Below, in pieces: positions 32,227 through 40,875 of a DNA stretch of 64,000 nucleotides. The DNA lies in assembly GCA_963743915.1 (NCBI GenBank), contig CAVURN010000001.1:64001-128000 (forward strand). Reading direction: 5' to 3'. The notes under the pieces are model-generated. The model did not search any database, was not told the origin of the DNA, and saw only the letters and a list, made by a program, of their open reading frames with translations. Every line of letters starts with the position of its first letter. The stretch's first letter is position 1. Position numbers and translations under genes: made by a program. The stretch is from an uncultured Actinomycetota bacterium (GTDB taxonomy: Bacteria > Actinomycetota > Actinomycetes > JAHEKZ01).

Positions 32227-32802
32227 ATGCCGGTGACGCGCGGGGCCGGGATCGCCCTGGGGCTCCTCCTGTTCCTGACCGGATGCACCGACGCATCGTC
32301 CGGTGTCGAGTCTGAGGGCGGGCAGGGGTTCGTGTCCGGTGACGGCTCCGCTCAGGTGATCGCTCCGGCAGACCGGACGGTCGCACCGGAGGTGTCCGGC
32401 ACCACCCTCGACGGCGAACCGCTCGCTCTCTCCGACTTCGCCGGTGACGTCGTGGTCGTCAACGTGTGGGGATCGTGGTGTGCTCCGTGCCGTGCCGAGG
32501 CTGAGGCGCTCCAGCAGGTGTACCTGGACCAGAAGCAGGACGGCGTGCGCTTCGTCGGACTCAACACCCGCGACCAGCAGGCGGCCGCGCTCGCCTTCGA
32601 GCAGCGGTTCGGCATCACGTATCCGAGCCTGGTCGACGAGAGTGGTCAGCTGCAGCTCGCGTTCCGCGACTCGCTGCCGCCGAACGCGATCCCGTCCACC
32701 CTCGTCATCGACCGCGACGGTGGCATCGCTGCCCGCGTGGTCGGGCCTACCACCTACTCCCAGCTCTCCGAGCTGGTCGGCGACGTCGCCGCGGAGTCCT
32801 GA
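32227..32802 (+). CDS. TlpA/ResA-like thiol-disulfide lipoprotein
   Basis: LTGC lipobox, WGSWCAPCRAE, IPST. Confidence 0.9.
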   Translation: MPVTRGAGIALGLLLFLTGCTDASSGVESEGGQGFVSGDGSAQVIAPADRTVAPEVSGTTLDGEPLALSDFAGDVVVVNVWGSWCAPCRAEAEALQQVYLDQKQDGVRFVGLNTRDQQAAALAFEQRFGITYPSLVDESGQLQLAFRDSLPPNAIPSTLVIDRDGGIAARVVGPTTYSQLSELVGDVAAES

Positions 32803-33561
32803 GTGCTTGCGACGCTGCTCGTCGACCCGGCCGAGACCGTCACCAGCGGGTCTTTCCTGCTGGCGGCAGCCATCGCCTTCGCCGCGGGTGTGGTCTCGTT
32901 CGCCTCGCCCTGCGTCCTGCCACTGGTACCTGCCTACCTGTCCTACGTCACCGGGCTGATCGGCATCGACCTTGGTGACGCCAAGCGCGGACGTCTGCTC
33001 CTCGGCACCGCTCTCTTCGTCGCAGGGTTCACCGTCGTGTTCGTCTCGTACGGCGCGCTGTTCGGAGGTCTCGGTGGTCTGCTGCTCGACCACTTCGACG
33101 CCATCACCCGCGTACTGGGTGTCTTCACGATCATCTTCGGTCTCGCGTTCATGGGCCTGGTCCCCTGGCTCAACCGCGACTGGCACCCTGCTCGTCGCGC
33201 CTCGATGGGGCTCGTCGGAGCCCCCTTGCTCGGCGTCCTCTTCGGTCTCGGCTGGACGCCGTGCATCGGACCCACCCTTGCGGCTGTGCAGACGCTCGCG
33301 ATCGACTCAGCCAGTGCCGGACGTGGTGCCGCGCTGTCCGCCGTCTACTGCATCGGACTGGGCCTGCCGTTCCTGCTGGTGGCGCTGGCGTTCCGCAAGG
33401 CGTTCGGCGCCATGGCGTGGATGAAGCGGCACTACGTTCTCCTCATGAGGATCGGCGGCGGCATGCTCGTGGTCCTGGGAGTCCTCATGGTCACCGGGCT
33501 CTGGCAGGAGCTGTCGATCCAGATGCGGGTGTGGACCACGAGCTTCGGGGTGCCCTTCTAG
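32803..33561 (+). CDS. ccdA: Cytochrome c biogenesis protein CcdA
   Basis: [12 protein letters not shown] and [10 protein letters not shown]. Confidence 0.92.
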   Translation: MLATLLVDPAETVTSGSFLLAAAIAFAAGVVSFASPCVLPLVPAYLSYVTGLIGIDLGDAKRGRLLLGTALFVAGFTVVFVSYGALFGGLGGLLLDHFDAITRVLGVFTIIFGLAFMGLVPWLNRDWHPARRASMGLVGAPLLGVLFGLGWTPCIGPTLAAVQTLAIDSASAGRGAALSAVYCIGLGLPFLLVALAFRKAFGAMAWMKRHYVLLMRIGGGMLVVLGVLMVTGLWQELSIQMRVWTTSFGVPF

Positions 33562-35138
33562 TGCCGGCCGACGTCATCGATCCGCTCACCGAGCAGCCGG
33601 ACCCCGTCCGCCAGCCGTCGCTGGGGTTCGTCGGGGGACTTCGGTGGATGTGGCGCCAGCTGACGTCCATGCGTACCGCGCTCATCCTGCTCTTCCTGCT
33701 GGCCCTCGCTGCCGTTCCCGGGTCGGTGTTCCCACAGCGAGGCGTCGCACCGCTGCGGGTGCAGGAGTACCTGCAGGACAACCCCACCCTCGGGGAGTGG
33801 CTGGACCGGTTCCGTCTCTTCGACGTGTACGCCGCGCCATGGTTCGCGGCCATCTACCTGCTCCTGATGGTGTCGCTCGCAGGCTGCATCCTGCCGCGTT
33901 GCCTGCAGTACGCGCGCAACCTGCGCGCTGTGCCCCCTGCAGCACCCCGCAACCTCGCACGCATGCCCGAGCACCGGGTCTTCACAGTCGACACCGAGCC
34001 TGCCGAGGTTCTGTCCGACGCCTCGTCACTGCTGCGCCGCAGCCGGTTCCGACTGCGTCCGTACGAGGAAGGCTCGGATGCCGTCGCGGCCGAGAAGGGG
34101 TACCTGCACGAGGTCGGGAACCTGGTCTTCCACCTCGCCCTGCTCGTGCTGCTCGTCGGCGTCGCCTGGGGGGCATGGTTCGGCTACCGCGGCACGGTCG
34201 TCGTCATCGAGGGCGAGGGATTCGCGAACACGCTCACCCAGTACGACGACTTCCAGCCAGGCCGCGGCTTCTCCACCGGGCTCCTGGCGCCGTTCTCCTT
34301 CACGCTGGACGACTTCGAGGCGCGATTCCTCGAGTCCGGCCCGAACCGTGGACAGCCCGACCAGTACCTCGCCGATGTGACGTTCCGGGAGACTCCGGAA
34401 GCCCCGCCGCAGACGCAGCGGGTCTCGGTCAACCATCCGCTCGACGCCGAGGGGGCGAAGGTCTTCCTGCTCGGCCACGGCTACGCGCCGCGGTTCACCG
34501 TGCGGGACGGTGACGGTGATGTGGTGTTCTCCGGGCCGGTGGCGGCGCTGCCCCAGGACCCCTCGTTCACGTCGACGACCGTGGTGAAGGTGCCGGACGC
34601 GCAACCCCAGCAGCTCGGTTTCAACGTCACCGTGACGCCGACCGCTCCCGAGCGCATCGACCCGACCACCGGCCCGCGGTCCACCTTCCCCGAGGCGAAC
34701 GATCCTCGGGTCTACCTCGGCGCCTGGTCCGGGGACCTGGGGCTGGACTCGGGCATTCCCCAGAACGTCTACCAGCTGGACACCACCGACATGGAGCAGC
34801 TGGGACGCAAGGATCTCGGCGTCGGCGAGACCTGGGAGTTGCCGGACGGGCTCGGGTCCATCACCTTCGACGGCCTGGCGGAGTTCGCCAACGTGCAGGT
34901 GGCCTCCGATCCCGGACGCGGCCTTGCCCTGCTGGCTGCGGTGGCAGCCATGATCGGGATCTCACTCTCCCTGCTGGTCCGGCGCCGACGGGTGTGGGTG
35001 CGCGCCACGACCGACGACCGGGGACGTACCCTCGTCGAGGTGGCGGGCCTGGCCCCGACGGAGTGGGCTGCGCTGGCCGGTGAGGTGGACGCCGTGGCAG
35101 CGGCCCTGGACGACGACGCAGCGAGGGAGCAGGCGTGA
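33561..35138 (+). CDS. resB: Cytochrome c biogenesis protein ResB
   Basis: WRQLTSMRTALILL, GNLVFH, VNHPL, RRRRVWVR; GTG start overlapping the ccdA stop. Confidence 0.9.
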   Translation: MPADVIDPLTEQPDPVRQPSLGFVGGLRWMWRQLTSMRTALILLFLLALAAVPGSVFPQRGVAPLRVQEYLQDNPTLGEWLDRFRLFDVYAAPWFAAIYLLLMVSLAGCILPRCLQYARNLRAVPPAAPRNLARMPEHRVFTVDTEPAEVLSDASSLLRRSRFRLRPYEEGSDAVAAEKGYLHEVGNLVFHLALLVLLVGVAWGAWFGYRGTVVVIEGEGFANTLTQYDDFQPGRGFSTGLLAPFSFTLDDFEARFLESGPNRGQPDQYLADVTFRETPEAPPQTQRVSVNHPLDAEGAKVFLLGHGYAPRFTVRDGDGDVVFSGPVAALPQDPSFTSTTVVKVPDAQPQQLGFNVTVTPTAPERIDPTTGPRSTFPEANDPRVYLGAWSGDLGLDSGIPQNVYQLDTTDMEQLGRKDLGVGETWELPDGLGSITFDGLAEFANVQVASDPGRGLALLAAVAAMIGISLSLLVRRRRVWVRATTDDRGRTLVEVAGLAPTEWAALAGEVDAVAAALDDDAAREQA

Positions 35139-36118
35139 GCAGCGAGACCTGGGCACATCTCAGCAACGCGCTGGTCTACAGCACGATCGTCGTGCTCTTC
35201 CTGGCCGTGGTCGCCTTCGCCCTCGACCTGGCGTTCGGGTCCGGACGCCGTCGAGCGCTGCAGGCGCAGCAGCGTCGGGTGGCGCTGCAACGACAGGCCG
35301 CCAGTGGGGGAGTGGCCACCGTGACGGCGCCCCCGAGCCAGGGGCAGGTCGACGAGCGTTACGCGCGGGTGGGTGTGTCGCTCACCACGCTGGCCGCTCT
35401 CCTGGCGGTCGCGGCGGTGCTCACACGGGGGCTCGCCGCCCAGCGGCCGCCCTGGGGCAACATGTACGAGTTCACCGTCACCGGCGTGGCGGTCCTGCTG
35501 GTCATCTGGGTGGGCATGCTGCGCCGTCGCCCGGAGTGGCGTGACCTCGGCATCCTCGTCACCCTCTTCACGCTGCTGCTGCTCGGCGTCGCAGTGCTCG
35601 TGCTCTACACCGAGTCGGCCGAGCTGGTGCCTGCACTCAAGTCGTACTGGCTGTGGATCCACGTGTCGGCGGCCATCATCAGCAGCGCCGTCTTCACGGT
35701 GGGTTCGCTCGCCTCCGTGGCCTACCTCGTGGTGGAGCGCTACGAGCGCCGCGCGGCGTCCGGCAGCACCGGCGGCCTGCTCGACTCACTGGGCGCGCGG
35801 CTGCCTGAGTCGGCGCGGCTGGACCGGGTGGCCTACCAGACGATCGCCTTCGCCTTCCCGCTCTGGTTCTTCGCGGTGGTCGCCGGTGCCATCTGGGCCG
35901 AGGACGCGTGGGGTCGCTACTGGGGCTGGGACCCGAAGGAGACCTGGTCCTTCGTCACGTTGGTGATCTACGCGGCCTACCTGCACGCACGCGCGACGGC
36001 CGGCTGGCGTGGGCGTCCGGCGGCGATCATCGCGATCGTCGGCCTCGCCGCATTCCTCTTCAGCTACTTCGGGGTGAACATCTTCTTCGTGGGCCTGCAC
36101 TCGTACGGCGGCGTCTAG
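35135..36118 (+). CDS. ccsB: Cytochrome c synthase ResC/CcsA-type (WWD domain)
   Basis: PWGNMYEF, WLWIHV, GAIWAEDAWGRYWGWDPKETW, GLHSY. Confidence 0.94.
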   Translation: MSSETWAHLSNALVYSTIVVLFLAVVAFALDLAFGSGRRRALQAQQRRVALQRQAASGGVATVTAPPSQGQVDERYARVGVSLTTLAALLAVAAVLTRGLAAQRPPWGNMYEFTVTGVAVLLVIWVGMLRRRPEWRDLGILVTLFTLLLLGVAVLVLYTESAELVPALKSYWLWIHVSAAIISSAVFTVGSLASVAYLVVERYERRAASGSTGGLLDSLGARLPESARLDRVAYQTIAFAFPLWFFAVVAGAIWAEDAWGRYWGWDPKETWSFVTLVIYAAYLHARATAGWRGRPAAIIAIVGLAAFLFSYFGVNIFFVGLHSYGGV

Positions 36119-36136
36119 TTCCGCCGGGTGTGGGTC

Positions 36137-36296
36137 GGGAGGGTCTTCCGAAACAGACGAAATCCTTCATCGAAGGATTGCGTGCGGTTCTCGGAACTCA
36201 GCGGCGGCAGAACCGCAAGGGATCCTCCCTTGGAGCACTGTCTGCGGCCCAGCAGCGGCCGAGCCATGAACCTCCGGGAACGCTCCAGCGACAGTG
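36137..36296. other. Multi-stem structured intergenic element (REP-like or ncRNA)
   Basis: GGGAGG/CCTCCC encloses GTCT/AGAC, AATCCTTC/GAAGGATT and TGCGGTTCT/AGAACCGCA stems; followed by CACTGTC/GACAGTG. Confidence 0.4.
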
Positions 36297-36320
36297 GCGT
36301 GCGGCTCCCCTGCTTGTGCG

Positions 36321-36566
36321 TCAGGACGCCGGAGGCTCCTGCTCTCGTTCCGGTTCGTCGCGTTCCCGCCGCTCTCGCTGCTGCTGCTCCCACAGCTGGG
36401 CGTCGAGGTCGCGCAAGAAGGTCGGGTCGTCGTCCGGGGCGATGGGCTTGCGGGGCCGGACGCCACCACCGCCGCCTCCACCGCCGCCACCGCGACGCTG
36501 CACCAGGCGGATGACCAGGTAGATGAGGACGGCGAGCACGAGAAGCACAGGGAGGAACCGAAGCAA
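36321..36566 (-). CDS. Small membrane protein (Rv0531-like, APDDDPxFL motif)
   Basis: GGAGG RBS and TTG start, one TM helix, Gly10 linker, PIAPDDDPTFLRDL. Confidence 0.75.
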   Translation of the reverse strand: MLRFLPVLLVLAVLIYLVIRLVQRRGGGGGGGGGGVRPRKPIAPDDDPTFLRDLDAQLWEQQQRERRERDEPEREQEPPAS

Positions 36567-36716
36567 GGCGTCACCTCCGTCTGCCGCGGGGGAGCCGAAC
36601 TGCGTCCCCGGTTTCTAGGCTAACCACCCGGCGCGGGTGCGGCAGCCCGGGTGTCCGCCCCGGAGATGCTGGCACCAGGCGGGCACGGAGTCCGCGCGAC
36701 GCCGCCGGACAGCGCA

Positions 36717-36759
36717 GCACCCCCGGACACCGTGCGGAAGGCGACGGTGGCGGGGGTGC
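36717..36759 (-). terminator. GC-rich hairpin, probable terminator of the sORF/sRNA transcript
   Basis: GCACCCCCG..CACCGT / ACGGTG..CGGGGGTGC. Confidence 0.5.
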
Positions 36760-36765
36760 CGGGGT

Positions 36766-36827
36766 TCTCAGGGAGGGGACCCCGAGAGGGCTCTCCGACG
36801 GCTGGATGAGGGGACGCCGCCGGAGAG
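36766..36827 (-). ncRNA. Candidate 3'-UTR sRNA with two hairpins whose loops both carry UCCCCU
   Basis: 12-bp stem with loop GUCCCCUCAUCCA and 8-bp stem with loop UCCCCU; each stem has a G.U pair only on the minus strand. Confidence 0.5.
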
Positions 36828-36843
36828 AAGCCGTAGGGTCAGG

Positions 36844-36978
36844 TCAGTGCGAGCGCCCCTTCAGGACCGAGCGAACGCGCTTGAGGGTGGCGGGGTTCGC
36901 GTGGCGAACCCGCAGCCGTTCCGCTTCAAGCTCGAGCACGCGGACGTGGGCGCGAGCAACCTCGAGCGAGGGAACCAT
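36844..36978 (-). CDS. Unannotated 44-aa small basic helical protein
   Basis: MVPSLEVARAHVRVLELEAERLRVRHANPATLKRVRSVLKGRSH; GGAG RBS; upstream TTGGAC-N18-TAGTAT promoter. Confidence 0.6.
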   Translation of the reverse strand: MVPSLEVARAHVRVLELEAERLRVRHANPATLKRVRSVLKGRSH

Positions 36979-37038
36979 GATTCTCAACTCCAGTGTCTTT
37001 CTCTTCGATTCGTGGCCTGGTTGGCCCCGATGGCTTCA

Positions 37039-37068
37039 ATACTAAGGCATGAATCGGACTTGGTCCAA
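37039..37068 (-). promoter_or_regulatory. Putative promoter of the small ORF
   Basis: Minus-strand TTGGAC (37068-37063), 18-nt spacer, TAGTAT (37044-37039); a GGAC-TTG-GTCC palindrome overlaps the -35. Confidence 0.4.
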
Positions 37069-37088
37069 TGATTACGAGCCTCTAGGGG

Positions 37089-37646
37089 ATGAACACCTTG
37101 CAAACGGAGAATGTTCCCGGGTCCGCCCGGGACGCCACCACGACCGGTGGGCTGCCGGTGATCGGGCGCGGCTCCCGTCGCCGGGACGTCCTGGACGCTG
37201 TCGACCGCACGATCATCACCGCGCTCCGGGCCAACGCACGGATCCCCTACGCCGACCTGGCCCGGCTGGTGGGCCTGTCCGGCCCGAGCGTGGCCGACCG
37301 GGTCAAGCGGCTCGAGCAGACCGGGGTGATCACCGGGTACCACGCCGCGGTCGCCCCCGCGGCCCTCGGTCTCGGGGCCGTGGCCATCGTGGGCATCGAG
37401 CAGTCCGACGACGGGGACCAGGATGAGATCGCCGAGTGCCTGAGCGAGCTGAGCGAGGTCGAGGACTGCTGGTTCGTGGCCGGTGACGAGTCGTTCATCC
37501 TCAAGGTACGGGTCAGTGACATCGACGCGCTGGAGAAGTCTCTGGGGCGGCTCCGCAAGATCCCGGGTGTGTCGCGGACGCACACCACCGTGGTGCTCTC
37601 GACCCGGTTCGAAGGTCGTGCGGCCCTGCCCCCCGAGGGCGAATGA
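37089..37646 (+). CDS. Lrp/AsnC family transcriptional regulator (start uncertain)
   Basis: LDAVDRTII..NARIPYADLARLVGLSGPSVADRVKRLEQTGVITGY HTH plus RAM domain. Confidence 0.9.
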   Translation: MNTLQTENVPGSARDATTTGGLPVIGRGSRRRDVLDAVDRTIITALRANARIPYADLARLVGLSGPSVADRVKRLEQTGVITGYHAAVAPAALGLGAVAIVGIEQSDDGDQDEIAECLSELSEVEDCWFVAGDESFILKVRVSDIDALEKSLGRLRKIPGVSRTHTTVVLSTRFEGRAALPPEGE

Positions 37647-37999
37647 CGCTGCAGGACAATGACGGGGTGCCCGACAACCCTCCGCCCGTCCCCACCGTGG
37701 CCGGCCAGCCGTGGTGGATGCGTCACCCGACGCTCTCCTACTCGATCGCCCGGCTGGCACTGTTCCTCGTGCCCTTCCTGATCCTGGTGATCTTCCTCGA
37801 CCCGATGCTCGCGCTCGTCATCGCCTTCGTCCTCTCGGCGGTCGCCAGCATCTTCGTGCTGTCACGCATGCGCGACGCGATGTCGGTGTCGATCGCCTCG
37901 CGGGCCGAGCGTGCCCAGCAGAAGATGGCCGAACGGGCGGCGTCCGAGGACGCGTGGGACGACGCGCAACGCCGGGACGAGGACGCGTCAGACCACTGA
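37643..37999 (+). CDS. DUF4229-like membrane protein
   Basis: YSIARLALF, two TM helices, acidic ED tail; typical position next to menA. Confidence 0.7.
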   Translation: MTLQDNDGVPDNPPPVPTVAGQPWWMRHPTLSYSIARLALFLVPFLILVIFLDPMLALVIAFVLSAVASIFVLSRMRDAMSVSIASRAERAQQKMAERAASEDAWDDAQRRDEDASDH

Positions 38000-39229
38000 G
38001 GTGACTGCTGGCTCGGCGAGCGGCTCCTCGTCGAGGCGCCGGAGTGAGGGTGCGACGGAGGCGAGCAGGGCGATCACCGTCGTGGTCGCAGCCCCGACGA
38101 CGAGGGTCGTGGTCACGCCGAATCGTTCGGCCAGCAGACCGGCCAGCACCGCACCGATCGGGTAGGCCCCGTACGCGAGGGCGATCACGACCCCCATGGC
38201 GCGTCCCCGCATGCTCTCAGGGGTCCGGCGCTGGAGCGCCAGGTTGACGATCGGGTTCATGGGACCCAGCAGGGCACCGCTGATGACGGCCGCGATCGCC
38301 ATGACAGCGGTCTCCGGCCACACCGCGAACACGGCCAAACCGGCCGCCACACCCCACAGGCCGACCGCGAAGGTGCCACGCGGGTGCGCGTTGTGTCCCA
38401 CCGAGCCGTAGAGCAGGGCGCCGATGACGCCGCCCAGGCTGTACGCCATCACTACGGCGCCGAGACCCACCGGGTCGTCGTTGCCCTGGTACAGCACGGG
38501 AAGCACGATGCCGAGGACCGGGTAGGCCACAGCCACGATCCCGGTGGAGAGCAGCACCACCGAGCGCAGCGGGGCGTCGCCGAGGACCAGCCGGACGCCG
38601 TCCCATGTGCCGGACCAGAAGTAGGGCTGGTGCTCGTACTTCGGCCGCCCGGAGCCGGGCACGTGCACGAAGGCCAGAAGCACGGCGGACGCCACGAAGG
38701 CGACGGCCATGACCCAGAACGACGACTCCACCCCGACCGTGGCGATCATCCCGGCGCCGAGCGCGGGACCGACCAGGAAGGCCAATCCCCAGACCGCCTC
38801 GTGGATGCCGTTGACGCGCTCCAGCCGCATCCCGGTCGCCTGCGAGACACCCGTCAGCATCGACTCGCGCGCGGTCACGCCGGCCGGGTCGAAGATGGCG
38901 CCGAGGACCGCGAGCACGAGTACCCAGCCGAACGTGAGATCGGTCAGGAAGGCGACGACGGGGATCGCCGCGACGGACACCGCCGACAGCAGGTCGCTGA
39001 TCACCGACGTGCGTCGACGTCCGATGATGTCGACCACGGTTCCGGAGAACAGCGAGGCGAACAGGGTGGGGAGTCCTGAGACCAGTGCCACCAGTCCGGC
39101 AGCGTCGGCGCGGCCGGTGAGCTCGAGGACCAGCCAGGGCAGCGCGACCATGGCGACGCCGTTGGCGAGGCCGGCGAGCAGAGTGGAGCCTTCGAGGGCG
39201 ACAAAGGGCATGACGCGGGCGCGGGTCAT
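37988..39229 (-). CDS. MFS efflux transporter (DHA3/Tap-like)
   Basis: ALPWLVLELTG, GTVVDIIGRRR motif A, about 12 TM. Confidence 0.88.
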   Translation of the reverse strand: MTRARVMPFVALEGSTLLAGLANGVAMVALPWLVLELTGRADAAGLVALVSGLPTLFASLFSGTVVDIIGRRRTSVISDLLSAVSVAAIPVVAFLTDLTFGWVLVLAVLGAIFDPAGVTARESMLTGVSQATGMRLERVNGIHEAVWGLAFLVGPALGAGMIATVGVESSFWVMAVAFVASAVLLAFVHVPGSGRPKYEHQPYFWSGTWDGVRLVLGDAPLRSVVLLSTGIVAVAYPVLGIVLPVLYQGNDDPVGLGAVVMAYSLGGVIGALLYGSVGHNAHPRGTFAVGLWGVAAGLAVFAVWPETAVMAIAAVISGALLGPMNPIVNLALQRRTPESMRGRAMGVVIALAYGAYPIGAVLAGLLAERFGVTTTLVVGAATTTVIALLASVAPSLRRLDEEPLAEPAVTSVV

Positions 39230-39789
39230 GGCGTGTCCGGGCGCGCGGCGATGCCCTCGAAGAGGGTGGTCATGATCAGGCGGGGGGCGTCCTGGAGCCA
39301 GATGCGCCCCTCGTCAGCGGTGTCCCAGGCGGTGAGGATGGCGCCGGCGTAGGCGTCGACCACCCACTTGACGGGCAGGTCGGTGCGCAGCGTTCCGTCG
39401 GCTCGGCCCCGCTCGACGGCGCGGGCGATCGGCTCGAGCGCCTCGTACCAGCGGCGGATGAGGTCGCGCGCGTTGAACACGTCAGGCTCGGCGTGCAGGA
39501 AGGCCAGGCTCGGCCCCAGCGGCACGACGGTGTCGGTGACGCGCTGCAGCGCGTCGAGGACGGGGCCGTGGTCGGGCTCGGCGGCCGCGATGGCCTCCTC
39601 CACCCGGTCCAGGGCGTCCTCGACCAGCGCGCGGATGAGCCCCTCGCGGGTGGGGAAGTAGCGGTGCAGGGTGGTGCGCCCGACGCCGGCGGCAGCAGCC
39701 ACCTCGGCCAGCGACGCCGCACTGTCCTTGGTGAGGACGGTCGTGGCGGCGTCCAGCAGCTCACGGCGCGTGCGGTCCGGGCGTCCCAT
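39226..39789 (-). CDS. TetR family regulator
   Basis: SLAEVAAAAGVGRTTLHRYFPTREGL HTH; ATGA coupling to the MFS gene. Confidence 0.9.
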   Translation of the reverse strand: MGRPDRTRRELLDAATTVLTKDSAASLAEVAAAAGVGRTTLHRYFPTREGLIRALVEDALDRVEEAIAAAEPDHGPVLDALQRVTDTVVPLGPSLAFLHAEPDVFNARDLIRRWYEALEPIARAVERGRADGTLRTDLPVKWVVDAYAGAILTAWDTADEGRIWLQDAPRLIMTTLFEGIAARPDTP

Positions 39790-39829
39790 TGGGGCACTCC
39801 TGTTCTAATTGGAACAACAATGCTCCAAT
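39788..39829. promoter_or_regulatory. Tandem palindromic operators (ATTGGnnCA-N4-TGnTCyAAT) at the tetR start
   Basis: ATTGGGGCA-CTCC-TGTTCTAAT 39788-39809 and ATTGGAACA-ACAA-TGCTCCAAT 39808-39829. Confidence 0.6.
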
Positions 39830-39843
39830 CTACCTGATCGGGG

Positions 39844-39963
39844 GCCCTGTGACACCGCCGCCGTAGATCGGGACTCTGGGGCACCCCATCCGCCGGCGAA
39901 CAAGGGGTCCGGCGTCGATGGATCAGGCGATCCCTGCAATCAACGGGATCGGTGTCACAGGGC
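39844..39963. repeat. 120-bp element bounded by a perfect 14-bp inverted repeat (REPIN/MITE-like)
   Basis: GCCCTGTGACACCG 39844-39857 / CGGTGTCACAGGGC 39950-39963; internal CGATCCC/GGGATCG stem. Confidence 0.5.
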
Positions 39964-39968
39964 ACCCG

Positions 39969-40844
39969 TCAGGCGAGCGAGAGGCCGAGTCCCAGGGAGA
40001 GGCCGTAGAGCAGCTGGATGATGCCGGTGGCCTGCAGGACGGGGACCAGGGCGCCACCGGTGGCGCCGCCGACGACCGCCCCCAGGGGAGGCGCGGCAGG
40101 CACGAACGCGACCAGTGTGATGAGCGCCCACGGCGTCCAGCCGATCGCCGTCACGACGACGGCCACCAGCGCGGTGGTCATCAAGCCGACGTACACCCAG
40201 CGGGTCCCCCGGTCGCCGATCCGGACGGCCAGCGTCTGCTTGCCCGCGACAGCATCGGTGGGGATGTCGCGCAGGTTGTTGACGACCAGCAGCGCACAGG
40301 CCAGCGCACCCACGCCGGACGCCGTCACCAGTGCGAGCCATGACGCCTGCTCGGTCTGCACGTACGCCGTGCCGATGGTCGCCACGAGGCCGAAGAACAC
40401 GAAGACGCTGACCTCGCCCAGCCCCCGGTACCCGTACGGGGATGCCCCGCCGGTGTAGTACCAGGCCGCCAGCATGCAGGCTGCGCCCACGGCGAGAAGC
40501 CACCACTGCTCCGTCAGGACCACGATCACGAGCCCCGCGACTGCTCCCAGCAGGAAGGACGCGAACGCAGCGCGCCTCACCGCATCCGCTGACGCCGCGC
40601 CGGACGCCGTCAGCCGCATCGGCCCCACCCGATCCGCGTCCGTCCCCCTCACACCGTCGCTGTAGTCGTTGGCGTAGTTGACGCCCACCTGGAAGGCCAG
40701 GGCGACGACCAGGGCCAGCAGCGCCAGGACGGCGTCCGCGCCGCCCGCGTACGCCGCCACGCCGGTTCCGGCCGCGACCGGTGCCACCGCAGCAGGCAAG
40801 GTACGGGGACGGGCGCCGTGCCACCACTGTCCCGGTGTCGCCAT
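39969..40844 (-). CDS. menA: 1,4-dihydroxy-2-naphthoate polyprenyltransferase
   Basis: ARPRTLP, NYANDYSDG..GTD, NNLRDIPTD..GK.TLAV. Confidence 0.95.
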   Translation of the reverse strand: MATPGQWWHGARPRTLPAAVAPVAAGTGVAAYAGGADAVLALLALVVALAFQVGVNYANDYSDGVRGTDADRVGPMRLTASGAASADAVRRAAFASFLLGAVAGLVIVVLTEQWWLLAVGAACMLAAWYYTGGASPYGYRGLGEVSVFVFFGLVATIGTAYVQTEQASWLALVTASGVGALACALLVVNNLRDIPTDAVAGKQTLAVRIGDRGTRWVYVGLMTTALVAVVVTAIGWTPWALITLVAFVPAAPPLGAVVGGATGGALVPVLQATGIIQLLYGLSLGLGLSLA

Positions 40845-40875
40845 CACACGCCTTTCGCTCAGGACAGGGCGCGAG

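Noticed and set aside
36137-36229. tRNA (cloverleaf-like fold)
   Set aside because: No recognisable T-loop or D-loop consensus, no 7-nt anticodon loop and no acceptor/CCA end.
36806-37071. Plus-strand ORFs 36637-37071 and 36806-37045
   Set aside because: No RBS or motifs and Arg-rich low-information sequence; the minus-strand 44-aa ORF has better promoter, RBS and terminator support.
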